Shown one piece after another: positions 31,910 to 44,763 of a stretch of 64,000 nt of DNA. The notes beneath the pieces are model-generated. The model saw nothing but the letters and a program-made list of their open reading frames with translations. It was not told the DNA's origin and did no database searches. Each line of letters opens with the position of its first letter. The first letter of the stretch is position 1. A program made the position numbers and the translations under genes. Source of the DNA: Rhodobacter sp. (GTDB lineage: Bacteria > Pseudomonadota > Alphaproteobacteria > Rhodobacterales > Rhodobacteraceae); assembly GCA_020250125.1 (NCBI GenBank), contig JADCEL010000073.1, positions 1,369-65,368 on the forward strand. Reading direction: 5' to 3'.

Positions 31910-32311
31910 ATGGCTTTCCAGTTTTCGGCTGCCGCGCGCAATGCCGCCCTTGATGCGATCGAAAGCGCAATCGGTCCTGCGCCGACGCTGACCCTTCTGA
32001 CCGGGCCCGTCCCCGCAAGTTGCGATGCGGTGGACGACGGCGTTGTGCTGGCAGCAATCCCCTGCCCGCCGGACTGGCTTGCGCCTGCCGCCGCCGGCCA
32101 GAAGGTGCTTGCGGGCACCTGGCAGGACCTGTCTGCGGATGCCGTGGGACTTGCCGCGCATTTCCGCGTTGTTCAGGGCGCAACCTGCCACATCCAGGGA
32201 ACGGTCACAGCCACGGGTGGCGGTGGCGACATGACGGTGGACAATGTCTCGATTGCCACCGGACAACGGGTTACGATCACCGCCTTCACCCTGACGGCCG
32301 GGGGTGCGTGA
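31910..32311 (+). CDS. phage-type virion structural protein (hypothetical)
   Basis: ARNAALDAIE..IG and GGGDMTVDNVSIATGQRVTITAFTLT resemble small beta-rich phage structural proteins; AGGAG RBS. Confidence 0.6.
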   Translation: MAFQFSAAARNAALDAIESAIGPAPTLTLLTGPVPASCDAVDDGVVLAAIPCPPDWLAPAAAGQKVLAGTWQDLSADAVGLAAHFRVVQGATCHIQGTVTATGGGGDMTVDNVSIATGQRVTITAFTLTAGGA

Positions 32312-33435
32312 TGCCAAAACTCGTAAACCGTGCCCGCATGACGACGGCAACAACCGGGACCGGCACCCTAACACTTGGGGCGGCGACACCCGGCTATCAA
32401 TCCTTTGCCGACGCGGGCATCGTTGACGGCGATCAGGTCCGCTACGTCATCGAGGACGGGGCTACGTGGGAAATCGGGCTGGGCACCTATGGCGCCAGCG
32501 GCACGGTCCTGACCCGCCTGCCGCAGGCCAGCGCGAATGCCGGGGCTGCGATCAGCCTGACGGGATCAGCGATCGTGTTCATCACGGCGGTGGCCGATGA
32601 CATCGCCCAGCCTGCCGAAGTGCAGCTGTTCACCACGCCCGGAACGGCCACCTGGACCAAACCGGCAGGTGCGAAAGCGGTGGACGTGATTGTTGTCGGC
32701 GGTGGTGGCGGCGGCGGGTCGGGGCGAAAAAGCGCTTCGGGGACGGCGGCCTTTGGCGGCGGTGGCGGGGCGGGCGGCGGGCGGGCGATCATGACATTGC
32801 CCGCCGTGGCGCTGGATCCGGCGGTCACCGTCAGCATCGGCGCGGGCGGGGCGGGCGGCGCGGCTGTTCTGAGCGATTCCACAAATGGAAACAATGGGGT
32901 GACGGGCGGCCAGTCAAGCTTTGGCAGCTATGTGTTTGCGCCGCAAGGCGGCGCGGGGGCCGGGGGAACCGCGACGTCGGGCACGGCCGGCGCGGCTGTT
33001 ACCCGTGGCCTGTTTCAGGGAACCGCAGGGGGCGCGGGGTCGTCCGCAGCCGGTGCTGCGGGGGTGACCAGCGGTCTGGGCACAGGTCCGGCCGGCGGAG
33101 GCGGCGGCGGTGGCCTGGCGGCTGCTCCGGCGAATGCAGCGGGCGGTGCGGGTGGCATCGCACCGTTTTACGCCAATGCGGTCGCGGGCGCGGGCGGAAC
33201 GGCGGGCGGCGGGGCGGGAGGTACCGGAACCTCTTCTCCGCTGAATGCGGGCGGTCCGGGGGCAGGGGGCGGCGGCGGCGGTTCCAGCACCGGCGGCAAC
33301 GGCGGCAGCGGTGCAAACGGCGGGCTTTACGGCGGGGGGGGCGGCGGCGGCGGGGCAGCCCCGAACGGGCCGGGCAGCAGCGGCAGGGGCGGCAATGGCG
33401 GGCAGGGTATCGTCATTGTGATCACGCACTTCTGA
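32311..33435 (+). CDS. glycine-rich phage fibre-like protein
   Basis: N-terminus MPKLVNRARMTTATTGTGTLTLG...WEIGLGTY, then FTTPGTATWTKPAGAK.V.V..VGGGGGGG and a Gly-rich domain ending GGQGIVIVITHF; TGATG coupling to the upstream gene. Confidence 0.7.
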   Translation: MPKLVNRARMTTATTGTGTLTLGAATPGYQSFADAGIVDGDQVRYVIEDGATWEIGLGTYGASGTVLTRLPQASANAGAAISLTGSAIVFITAVADDIAQPAEVQLFTTPGTATWTKPAGAKAVDVIVVGGGGGGGSGRKSASGTAAFGGGGGAGGGRAIMTLPAVALDPAVTVSIGAGGAGGAAVLSDSTNGNNGVTGGQSSFGSYVFAPQGGAGAGGTATSGTAGAAVTRGLFQGTAGGAGSSAAGAAGVTSGLGTGPAGGGGGGGLAAAPANAAGGAGGIAPFYANAVAGAGGTAGGGAGGTGTSSPLNAGGPGAGGGGGGSSTGGNGGSGANGGLYGGGGGGGGAAPNGPGSSGRGGNGGQGIVIVITHF

Positions 33436-33532
33436 CGGGGGTGCAGGCAAGGGATGCAGGTTCGGCATCCGGTGCTGCGGCTTCAATCCGGGTCTTGGCC
33501 GGGCCTGCACGGAAACGGGAGTTGTCCTTCGA

Positions 33533-33889
33533 ATGTTTGTACCTTTGGCGTCCGCGCCCCTGGCCGATGATGGCCGGGCCGCGCTGCGCGCGTCTGCAGC
33601 GGGGGCTTTGCCCCTTCCGGGGTCTGCAAGCGGCATCGCTCCGGGGCCGCAAGGCACCGCTTCCGGCACCTTTGATCTGGCAGGGGCTGCGGCGGCCGCA
33701 GTGCCGGTCCTTGCCATTGCCGCAGGGGGGATCGGGCTGACCGGGGCGGCTTCTGCGCTGCGTGGGGTAACCGGCGCACCGGGCCGGGCGGTGCTTCCCG
33801 GGGACAGCCGCAATTCGGCAACGCTGCTGACCGGCGCTTTGCGCCGGGCGCGGCTTGTCAGCAACCAGACCACGGGGGATCAGCAATGA
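33533..33889 (+). CDS. Ala/Gly-rich hypothetical protein, phage-associated type, possibly degenerate
   Basis: PLASAPLADD N-terminal motif; ATGA overlap with the next gene. Confidence 0.5.
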   Translation: MFVPLASAPLADDGRAALRASAAGALPLPGSASGIAPGPQGTASGTFDLAGAAAAAVPVLAIAAGGIGLTGAASALRGVTGAPGRAVLPGDSRNSATLLTGALRRARLVSNQTTGDQQ

Positions 33890-34208
33890 CCGAAACCTTC
33901 CACCTCAAGCGCGGTGATACAAGCCCGTCCATCCGCCTGTCCCTGGAACCCGCCACCATCACCCTGATCGGGGCCGAGGTGACCTTTCAGATGCGCGCGC
34001 GCGGCGGCGCGCAGGTTATCGACGCGCCAGCGGTCATCGAAAGCTTTACCGGCACGCCGACCGTCCGCTACGACTGGCAGCCGGCAGATACCGCCGCGGC
34101 AGGTCTGTTCGAGGCAGAGGTGCGCGTGCGCTACGCCAATGGCGGGATCGAGACCTTCCCGAACAGCGGCTTCGTGCTGATCCGGATCGCCGAAGATATC
34201 CGGGCGGC

Positions 34209-34212
<4 letters not shown>
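33886..34212 (+). CDS. BppU-N-like (phage baseplate upper protein N-domain) protein
   Basis: FHLKRGDTSP...VRYDWQPADT...G.FEAEV.V.YANG.IETFP pattern. Confidence 0.65.
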
Positions 34213-35380
<1,168 letters not shown>

Positions 35381-35695
35381 CTATTCCATATGGAATTGCT
35401 TGGGCAGCAGATAGGGGAATTGCGTGGCCGGGTCGATCTCGACCTTCATGATCGGGGCCATCCATTCTGCCCAGCGGGCATTCACCGGGCAGGTGGCCAG
35501 ATGGGCCCGGGTCGCGGCCAGATCATCGGTTTCAAAATAGCCGAACAGGGTCAGGCCATGGCGGAAGATGTTGTAGTTGCGAATGCCGGAGCGGCGCAGC
35601 GTTTCAAGCATCTCGGGCCAGCAGTCATCGTGGCGTTTCAGATACTCCGCCTCGTATCCGGGGCGGACTTCAAGAACCCAGGCATATCCCGGCAT
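35381..35695 (-). CDS. L-rhamnose/L-fucose mutarotase (RhaM family)
   Basis: EYLKRHDDCWPEM, GIRNYNIF, LFGYFE, WAEWM. Confidence 0.85.
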   Translation of the reverse strand: MPGYAWVLEVRPGYEAEYLKRHDDCWPEMLETLRRSGIRNYNIFRHGLTLFGYFETDDLAATRAHLATCPVNARWAEWMAPIMKVEIDPATQFPYLLPKQFHME

Positions 35696-36510
35696 CAGGC
35701 GGCCTCCTGCCAGTGGCGGAAACAGTTCCGCATGGTGACGGTTTCGGTCAGCACATCTTCGCTGAGGGTATTCATATAGTCCTGGTGGGTGTTTTCCAGT
35801 GCCAGCCAGCCAGTATAGCCCGCATCGCGCAAGGTTGCGAAGATGGCGGGAAAGTTCAGTGTGCCTTCGGCGAATTTCGCCTGCAGCGCGCCCATTTTCG
35901 CCTGCCGCAGGTGAACGTGGACGGCGTGTTTTGCCAGCGGGTCCACCTCTTCCTGGCGGTAGCCGAGACAGGCGAAGTGCGAATAGTCAAGCGCCAGGCC
36001 GATGCCCGTGTCATCGATCAGGCGCTGCACCAATGCAGGCGACTCGGCCCAGCTTTGGACATGCGGCTCGATGCAGATTTTCGCGCGGTGGTGGCTGGCG
36101 ACATCCAGCAGGGCCGTCAGGCTTTCGGCGCTGCGGCGGGCGGCGTCGGCGCGGGACTGGCCCGGATTCACGATGCCGGGCAGCAGAAACACGCTGTCAA
36201 TCCCGGCGGCATCGGCAAAGGTCAGCACCCGGTCCAGATCGCGCGCATTCGCATCAATGGTGCCGGGCAGGGCCAGGTTGCGCCCGCCCAGGCCGTCCCC
36301 GAACAGGTGGTAGTAATTGGGAAATGCGATGCCATAGGGTGCCAGCCGCGCCGCTGCCGCCTTGGGGTCCGACAGGATTTCGGCCTTGTCCAGCGCCGAG
36401 CGGTAGAACAGCCCCACGTCCAGCGCGTTGATGCCCAGGGCTTTTGAGATGCCCACGCATTCGTCCAGCGTGCAGGCGGGGAAGGACCATGCGGTCAGGG
36501 AAAGTTTCAT
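35695..36510 (-). CDS. xylose-isomerase-like TIM-barrel sugar isomerase/epimerase/dehydratase
   Basis: IEPH, LDYSH, HVHLRQ, ALE metal-binding pattern; start ATG 36510. Confidence 0.8.
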   Translation of the reverse strand: MKLSLTAWSFPACTLDECVGISKALGINALDVGLFYRSALDKAEILSDPKAAAARLAPYGIAFPNYYHLFGDGLGGRNLALPGTIDANARDLDRVLTFADAAGIDSVFLLPGIVNPGQSRADAARRSAESLTALLDVASHHRAKICIEPHVQSWAESPALVQRLIDDTGIGLALDYSHFACLGYRQEEVDPLAKHAVHVHLRQAKMGALQAKFAEGTLNFPAIFATLRDAGYTGWLALENTHQDYMNTLSEDVLTETVTMRNCFRHWQEAA

Positions 36511-36512
36511 TG

Positions 36513-37565
36513 TCAGCCCCCGATCTGTTCCAATTGGCCACTGCGGGCCGACCGGTAAAGTGCATCCAGCGCTTCGGTCACTCTGGCCCCGTTTTCGGCA
36601 TTGGCGGCGTTTGTCGCCGGCTGGCCCGCGCAAAGTGCGGCGAAGACGCGCACCGGCAATGCGCCGTCATACTCTGCTTCGCCCGGTGCAATCGCCACGG
36701 TTTCATCCTGTCCGTCAAGGCGGGAAAGCTCCAGCCTTGCGCGGCCCGCTTCGCAATCGAAGGAAATCATGCCTTCGGTGCCATAGATGCGGATGTCCAT
36801 ATGCATGCCCCGGTGTTTGGGCACGCTGGCCGCGCCCGACAGCGCAACGGTGGCCCCGTTTGCCGCCCGCGCCACGGCGGCATCGTAGAAATCGACACCG
36901 GTTCTGGATTTGCCATCCATGGCGAAAAGCGAGACAAGCGTCAGGTCGGACACATGCAAAAGCCAGGCCAGGGAATGGGACATCTGCCCCCAGCCATAGC
37001 CCCCCGCACGGGCCGGATCGGCCCAGGTCGAGGCGGGCGGGCGGAACAGATGGTCTTTGGTTTCCAGCATCGGCTCGCCCGCAAACAGATCGTCCAGCGC
37101 TGACCCCATCTGACAGATGGCGTGGCGTACCGTGCCAATGCGGCCCGCCCTGACAAAGGCGGCGGCCTTGGCAGTAAAGGCGGTGAAGTTCATGCCGCAG
37201 GGCACCAGAACCTCGCGCCCCGCCGCACGGGCCGCGGCCGCAATGGCGCGCCCCTCGACCGCCGTGGTGGCCATGGGTTTTTCAACCAGCACATGACATC
37301 CTGCGGCCAAACCGGCCAGGGCGGGGGCGGCATGGGCGACGTGGGGCGTTGATACGATCAGCCCGTCCAGCCGTTCCGCCGCCAGCATCGCGCCCAGGTC
37401 GGTGTAGCGGGCCGCAATGCCGAACCTGTCGCCCGCCACCTGCAAACGCCCTGCATCCAGGTCGCACAGTGCCACGATCCGGGCATCCCGGCCCGCCTGC
37501 ACGGTGGGAATGTGGTTGAACGCGGCCCACCATCCCACGCCGACAACGCCGATCCTTGCGGTCAT
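36513..37565 (-). CDS. Gfo/Idh/MocA-family oxidoreductase
   Basis: IGVVGVG, VSTPHVAH, HVLVEKPM. Confidence 0.9.
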   Translation of the reverse strand: MTARIGVVGVGWWAAFNHIPTVQAGRDARIVALCDLDAGRLQVAGDRFGIAARYTDLGAMLAAERLDGLIVSTPHVAHAAPALAGLAAGCHVLVEKPMATTAVEGRAIAAAARAAGREVLVPCGMNFTAFTAKAAAFVRAGRIGTVRHAICQMGSALDDLFAGEPMLETKDHLFRPPASTWADPARAGGYGWGQMSHSLAWLLHVSDLTLVSLFAMDGKSRTGVDFYDAAVARAANGATVALSGAASVPKHRGMHMDIRIYGTEGMISFDCEAGRARLELSRLDGQDETVAIAPGEAEYDGALPVRVFAALCAGQPATNAANAENGARVTEALDALYRSARSGQLEQIGG

Positions 37566-38293
37566 TCCGCCTCCTCTCCGCCCTGGGCGATGGTCGATTG
37601 AAACACGGTCTGCATATGCCGCTGCGCCGCCCGCGCCGCCGCCTCGGGGTCGCGCGCCTGCAGCGCGTCCAGCAGCCTGCGGTGGTCCTGATAGCTGCGC
37701 TCCAGGACACCGGCGGTTTCGGACGCGCGCTTGCGGAATTCCAGCCCGAGCACGTTCAGGCTTTGGCCGATCCGCTTCAGGAAGGCGTTGCGCGAGCCGA
37801 TCCAGATCGCCTCGTGAAAGGCGTAGTCGGACTTGCGGAAGGCGATGGGATCGTCCAGCGTGTCTGCCTGCGCGGCAAGAATGGCCTCAAGCCGGCCGAG
37901 TTCTTCGGCACCGATGTTTTCGGCGGCGCGGCGCGCCACGTCGCTTTCGATCAGGCTGCGGGCATCGTAAAGCTCGCGGATGTTCATGTCCTGCAGGGAC
38001 AGAAAGAACTGGATCGGCCCCAAAAGCGCCTCTGCATCCAGCTCGCTGATATGCGCACCGCCACCCTGACGGCTGCGGACCACGCCCAGCACCGTCAGCC
38101 CGCGCATCGCCTCGCGCACCGAAGGGCGCGACACGTTCAGCGACAGCGCCAGATCACGTTCGGGCGGAAGCGGATCGCCCGCCTTCAGAACCCCGGTCCG
38201 CACCATGTCCAGAATCCGGCGCACCACCATTTCCGCCACGGATTCCCGCACGATAGGTTCGTCGAATTCGATGCGGGTGACCGGTTCGGTCAT
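37562..38293 (-). CDS. GntR/FadR-family regulator
   Basis: [21 protein letters not shown] wHTH; FCD domain (DYAFH..I, H..LLDAL). Confidence 0.92.
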   Translation of the reverse strand: MTEPVTRIEFDEPIVRESVAEMVVRRILDMVRTGVLKAGDPLPPERDLALSLNVSRPSVREAMRGLTVLGVVRSRQGGGAHISELDAEALLGPIQFFLSLQDMNIRELYDARSLIESDVARRAAENIGAEELGRLEAILAAQADTLDDPIAFRKSDYAFHEAIWIGSRNAFLKRIGQSLNVLGLEFRKRASETAGVLERSYQDHRRLLDALQARDPEAAARAAQRHMQTVFQSTIAQGGEEAE

Positions 38294-39236
38294 GCGGTTT
38301 TCTCCCGCGTGCCGAATTTCAGGCGCGGCACCATGACCGAAGCGATCAGCAGCAGGCCGATCACCCCGGTCTGGATATGCCCGGTGATGTTCAAAAGCGC
38401 CATGCCGTTGCGGATGTTCAGCACGATCAGGATGGCCAGCAGTGTACCGGTCAGGCTGCCGGTGCCGCCAAAAATGCTGACGCCGCCCAGCAGGACGATG
38501 GTGATGATGTCCAATTCGAACCCGTTGGCGACATCACCGCGCACGGCACCGACGCGGGCGGCATAAAGCAGGCCGGCAAAGGCGGCGATGGTGCCAGAGG
38601 CGATGAACAGGATCATCTTGTGGCGGTTGGTGTCGATGCCCGCGAATTCGGCCACCTCGCGGTTGGTGCCGATCACCTGCGTCTTGCGGCCGAAGCCCGA
38701 GCGTTCCAGCACGATGTAGAGAACCCCGAACAGCACGGCAAAGGCCACAAGCGCAAAGGGCAGCGGTCCGATCAGGCCCTGTTGCCCCAGGGCATCGAAC
38801 CATTCCGGAAAGTCTGTCAGACCCCGGTCTTCGACCAGAACGCGCGCCAGGCCGCGAAACCCGATCAGGGTTGCCAGGGTGACGACCAGCGACGGCAGGC
38901 CGACGCGGGTGATGAACCAGCCGTTCAGCGCCCCGCCCAGCACGCCGATGCCCAGCGATATGGCAATGGCAGCGGGGGCGGCCACGCCCTGTTCCTTGAC
39001 CATCCAGCCAAAGGCGCAGGCCGACAGGCCCATCATCGAGCCCACCGACAGGTCAATCTCGCCGTTGATGATAATGAAGGTCATCACCAGGGCCACGATG
39101 ATCTTTTCGATCGAAAGCTGGAACAGGTTGATCTGGTTGCCCAAGGTAAGGAATTCCGGCGACAGGCCGGCATTGATGCCGATGATCACCACAAGCGACA
39201 TCAGCAGAAAGCCTTCCCAGCTTTTCAGGCGGGCGA

Positions 39237-39240
<4 letters not shown>
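38290..39240 (-). CDS. sugar ABC permease (RhaQ-like)
   Basis: [28 protein letters not shown]; start ATG 39240. Confidence 0.88.
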
Positions 39241-40279
<1,039 letters not shown>

Positions 40280-40283
<4 letters not shown>

Positions 40284-41782
40284 GCGGCCTCGCTCTGGCC
40301 GGTGGCCACGGCCATGATGCCTTCCTGCGTGGCGCGGGCGCTGTCGATGATGCCCATCTGCCGGCCTTCGCGCATCACCAGAATGCGGTCGCCCAGCGCC
40401 AGCACTTCCGGCAGGTCGGACGAGATCACCAGCGCCGTGCCGCCGCCACGCACGAAGGCGCGGATCAGATCATGCACCTCGGCCTTGGCGCCAACGTCGA
40501 TTCCGCGCGTGGGTTCATCGACAATCAGCAGGTCGGGCTGCATCGCCAGCCATTTCGCCAGCATCACCTTTTGCTGGTTGCCGCCCGACAGCACGCCCAC
40601 GGCCATGTCGACATCCGGCGCGCGGATGTTCAGCCGTTCGCGGTAGGCCATGGCCGTATCGCGCTCTCGCCGCCGGTCGATCAGGCCCAGGGGCGACAGG
40701 TACTGCGCCAGCGTGGCAAGGGAAATGTTGGACCGGATCGGCAGCGGCATCGCCAGCCCCAGCTTGCGGCGGTCTTCCGAGACATAGGCAATGCCCAGCG
40801 CGATGGCCTGCGCGGGCGAGGTCATGCGCACCGCCTGCCCCTTGTAGCGCAGCTCGCCCGCCGTGGCCGGGTGGACGCCGAACAGCGACAGCGCCACATC
40901 GGTGCGGCGCGCGCCGATCAGGCCGGCCATGCACAGCACCTCGCCCCGGTGCAGATCGAAGGTGATGTCTTCGAACACGCCCGTCCGGGTCAGGCCGCGC
41001 ACCGAAAGCACCACCTCTTGCTGTGCGGCCGATGGCATCTTGGTGAAATAGTTGCCCACCGCACGCCCGACCATGTCGGCAATCATGCCCTGCGGCGTCA
41101 CCTCGGACACGGGCCGGGTAGAGATATGTCGCCCGTCGCGGATGACCGTGACACGATCGGCAATCTCGAACACCTCTTCCAGACGGTGCGAGATATAGAC
41201 AACCGCCACGCCAGCGGTGGCAAGGCTGCGGGCGATGCGGCGCAGTTCCGCCGCCTCATGCGCGGACAGGGATGAGGTGGGTTCATCCATGATCAGCACG
41301 CGCACGTCCTGCGACAGGGCGCGGGCAATCTCGACCGCCTGCTGTTCGGCCAGGGTCAGGCCGCGCGCCTCGCGGTCGACATCCAGCGTCATGCCGATGC
41401 GGTCGATCAGCGCTTCTGCGCGGCGGCGCATGCTGCGGCGGTCCAGGATCAGACCGGCATCCGTGGCAGAGATGAAGATGTTCTCGGTCACGTCCAGATC
41501 GGGAAAGACCATCGGTTCCTGATAGATCGCGGCCACGCCGCGCAGGCGCGCCGCCTTGGACCCCGACAGGACCACGGGCGCGCCGCCGATTTCGACCTGA
41601 CCCGACGAGGGCTGGTAAATGCCCGTCATGATCTTGATCATGGTGGATTTTCCCGCACCGTTTTCGCCCACGATGGCGTGCACCTCGCCGGGGAACAGCT
41701 CCAGCGTCATGTCCGCCAGGGCCACGGTCATCCCGAAGGATTTGGACACGGCACGCAGGGCAAGGGTGGGAATGGCGGACAT
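40280..41782 (-). CDS. sugar ABC ATPase (CUT2, RhaT-like)
   Basis: [21 protein letters not shown]; start ATG 41782. Confidence 0.92.
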
Positions 41783-41812
41783 GCAACCTCGGGGCGGGCG
41801 CAGGAACAGGAT

Positions 41813-41843
41813 GGGCGCGGCCGGGGCAATCCCGGCCGCGCCC
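41813..41843. other. 13-bp stem-loop just downstream of the SBP gene (mRNA stabiliser/attenuator)
   Basis: GGGCGCGGCCGGG-gcaat-CCCGGCCGCGCCC. Confidence 0.65.
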
Positions 41844-41849
41844 CGTTCA

Positions 41850-42893
41850 TCACTTCGCGGCGGCTTCGACATTGTCCTTGTTGTAGACCGTGAAGGGCCC
41901 CATCAGGATGCGCTTGGCACCTTCGCGGCCGGGATCGGCCTCGATCGTGTAGTCGCCCATGCGGCCTGCGGTAAAGGTTTCGCCGATTTCGCCCTTCAGC
42001 TGGCCGGTGGCCAGGCCATAGGCGGTGTAGTAGGACAGGTAGCCAAGATCGCGGAAGTCCCACAGCGCGAATTCCGGCGCGCAGCCGTTCATCGTGTAGC
42101 TGACCATTTCCGACGGCAGGCCAAGACCCGAGACCCTGACCCTGTCGCACAGACCTTCGTCCTGCATCGCCTTGGCGGCCGCCTGGATGCCCACCGTGGT
42201 CGGGGCCATGATCAGGCCAAGGTTCGGATACTTGTCCACCAGCGCCAGCGCGCGGTTGTAGCTGACTTCGGACTGGTCATCGCCGTAAACGACATCGACC
42301 AGCTTGATGTCCTTGTACTTGGCATCTTCGGCCAGGGTCTTCTTCATCGCCTCGATCCAGGCGTTCTGGTTTGCGGCATCCGGCGTGGCCGAAAGCACGG
42401 CCATTTCACCGGCCCCGCCCAGGATCGAATGCGCCATATCGGCCATCACCACACCGATGGAGCCGAAATCGACCTGCGCCACGAACACGCTTTCGCCCTT
42501 GGCCGACGGGATCGGGCTGTCCCAGGTCACAACCTTGGTGCCTGCCGCCTGTGCGGCTTCGGCCGCCGGGGCGATCTGGTCGCCTGCGTTGTTGGACAGC
42601 ATCACGGCACCCAGCTTTTGCGTGGCCGCCGTTGTCATGATCTCGATCTGGCCGGCCACCGAGTTTTCCGGGGTGGGCCCCGTGAAATCCAGCTTGCCGG
42701 GGTTCGCCAGTTCCTTGTGGGCTTCCTGCGCGCCCTCATTGGCCTGATCGAAGACCAGAATGCCCAGGAACTTGGGCAGCAGGATCATGCTGGTGTCCTT
42801 GCCGCCTTCCAGTTTGATCGCATCGGCATAGGCAAAGCCTGCCCCGCCCAGCATCAGCGCGGCGACCGCGCCGAGAATATTGGTCGTCTTCAT
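41850..42893 (-). CDS. sugar ABC substrate-binding protein (RhaS-like)
   Basis: signal peptide; [30 protein letters not shown]; start ATG 42893. Confidence 0.88.
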   Translation of the reverse strand: MKTTNILGAVAALMLGGAGFAYADAIKLEGGKDTSMILLPKFLGILVFDQANEGAQEAHKELANPGKLDFTGPTPENSVAGQIEIMTTAATQKLGAVMLSNNAGDQIAPAAEAAQAAGTKVVTWDSPIPSAKGESVFVAQVDFGSIGVVMADMAHSILGGAGEMAVLSATPDAANQNAWIEAMKKTLAEDAKYKDIKLVDVVYGDDQSEVSYNRALALVDKYPNLGLIMAPTTVGIQAAAKAMQDEGLCDRVRVSGLGLPSEMVSYTMNGCAPEFALWDFRDLGYLSYYTAYGLATGQLKGEIGETFTAGRMGDYTIEADPGREGAKRILMGPFTVYNKDNVEAAAK

Positions 42894-43021
42894 CAGAGTC
42901 CTCCCATGTTTCGGCACGGATCTGTGCCTGGTCGTTTTGCCGAAGGCGGATGCAGGCTCTTCCCCCATCGCCCGGCGGTCTTCCGCGCCGGGGGGCTGCC
43001 CCGGCGGAATTCTGTTCCGGC

Positions 43022-43981
43022 CTATTCAGGCACGGGTTTGCGCGGCCCCTCGCCGCGCAACGCGCGGGCGATGTCTTCGGCCACCAGCTGCTGCAGCCGG
43101 TGGATCGCCGCTTCGGAATACCAGGCGGCATGCGGGGTCAGCAGCAGATTGGGCGCCTGGCGCAGCACATGGTCCGCCGCCAGCGGCTCCACCTCGAACA
43201 CATCCAGGGCGGCACCTGCGATGGTGCCGCTTGCCAGGGCTGCCGCCAGGTCTTCCTCGACGATCAACTGCCCCCGTGCCGCGTTCACGATCAGCGCATG
43301 GGGCTGCATCGTGGCCAGCCGGGCGGCATTGAAGAACCCGGTCGTCGCGGACGTTGCCGGGGCATGCAGCGAAACAAGGTCGGCCTCGCGCAGCAGCCGG
43401 TCGCCATCCATCAGCGTCACGCCCAGGTGCCCCGCCTCTTCTGCCGAAAGGCCCGGATCAGCGGCGATGAAGCGAAAGCCAAATCCCCGCAGCCGCGCAA
43501 GCACGGCCCGCCCGATCTGGCCCAGACCGAAAAAGCCGAACACGGTCTGCGAAAACGGCTTCATCGGTTTGGCAATCTTCACCGCTGCCCAGTCCCCGCG
43601 CCGGACAGACGCATCCAGTTGCGGCAGTTTGCGCAGCAGGCTCAGGGCTGCTGCCACCGTATGATCGGCCACCTCATCGGTGCAATAGTCGGGCACATAG
43701 CCCAGGCGCAGCCCGGCGGCCCTGGCCGAGGGCAGATCGATGTTGTTGTAGCCGACGCCATAGCGGATGACCGTGGACCCCGGCCTGACCGCGCGCGCGG
43801 CATCCGGGCCGAAGGGCGCGAACTGCACCACGGCCACATCCGCCCCGGCCACAGCCACTGCCACATCGGCCGCCGTCTTGCACTGAAACGCCTTGAATTC
43901 CGCACCCGCCGCCGATGCGGCCGCTTTTTCCTGCGCCAGATCCGGGAATGTGTAATCGGTGACGACAACGCGCAGGGTCAT
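43022..43981 (-). CDS. D-isomer-specific 2-hydroxyacid dehydrogenase (CtBP/PGDH-like)
   Basis: [45 protein letters not shown]. Confidence 0.9.
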   Translation of the reverse strand: MTLRVVVTDYTFPDLAQEKAAASAAGAEFKAFQCKTAADVAVAVAGADVAVVQFAPFGPDAARAVRPGSTVIRYGVGYNNIDLPSARAAGLRLGYVPDYCTDEVADHTVAAALSLLRKLPQLDASVRRGDWAAVKIAKPMKPFSQTVFGFFGLGQIGRAVLARLRGFGFRFIAADPGLSAEEAGHLGVTLMDGDRLLREADLVSLHAPATSATTGFFNAARLATMQPHALIVNAARGQLIVEEDLAAALASGTIAGAALDVFEVEPLAADHVLRQAPNLLLTPHAAWYSEAAIHRLQQLVAEDIARALRGEGPRKPVPE

Positions 43982-44763
43982 GGCGTTTCCTTGAGGTAAT
44001 CGTGCAGGATGCGGCCCGCCACCAGCGTGAAATCGGCCCGCCAGTGGATGCCGGTCAGCGGTTCCAGCACGGGCAGGCGGAACACCGGAAGCTGGGCATT
44101 GGGGCGCAATTCGACCGTGCAGGGGCCTTCCCAGGCCTCGTGCACCGTTACCTCGGCCAGACGGCGCGAGGTGATCTGGCGGATCGCGGGACGACCGTCG
44201 ATATGATCGACCGCCTTGAGGTTCAGGTTCGTGCCAAAGTCGAAATAGGGGGCAAGCGCCTCGGGCGCGACGCGGCGCTGCTTGTAGGGCAAGGTGCCGG
44301 TGATCACGTCGATCCCGTTGCGTTCCACCGTTCCGACCATCAGGTCACCGCGCGCCTCAAGGCCGGGCTTGCCCAGTTTCTTCGGCTGGCCATGAATTTC
44401 GCGGCCATGGGCCACGCCGATGTCCGAAGACAGCACGAGATAGGGCGAATAGGCCCCCGCCCCCTGGCCGGGCAGTTCGGCCCCGAACATCACGTTCGCC
44501 TCGGTATAGGGCCCCAGCCAGTCGGTATCGTTCATCCTGTAGATGTGCACACAGGCCACATCGCCCACCGGCACCAGCGGGGGCGGCAGAAGAAAGGCCA
44601 TCGCGGCGGGGTCGGTGCGCCAGTACAGCGTCAGGATTTCGGCATTGCGGAAGCGGAAGGGGAAGGGCGGAATCATCGGCGCATCCCAGGGCGTGGAAAA
44701 GCCGCCCTGCCGGATTTCAGCGAAGGTTGGCCGGGTCAGCCCATATTTCGCCTGGTCTGTCAT
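43978..44763 (-). CDS. acetoacetate decarboxylase-family (Schiff-base) protein
   Basis: GPYTE and GREIHGQPKKLG with the tandem catalytic Lys; start ATG 44763. Confidence 0.85.
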   Translation of the reverse strand: MTDQAKYGLTRPTFAEIRQGGFSTPWDAPMIPPFPFRFRNAEILTLYWRTDPAAMAFLLPPPLVPVGDVACVHIYRMNDTDWLGPYTEANVMFGAELPGQGAGAYSPYLVLSSDIGVAHGREIHGQPKKLGKPGLEARGDLMVGTVERNGIDVITGTLPYKQRRVAPEALAPYFDFGTNLNLKAVDHIDGRPAIRQITSRRLAEVTVHEAWEGPCTVELRPNAQLPVFRLPVLEPLTGIHWRADFTLVAGRILHDYLKETP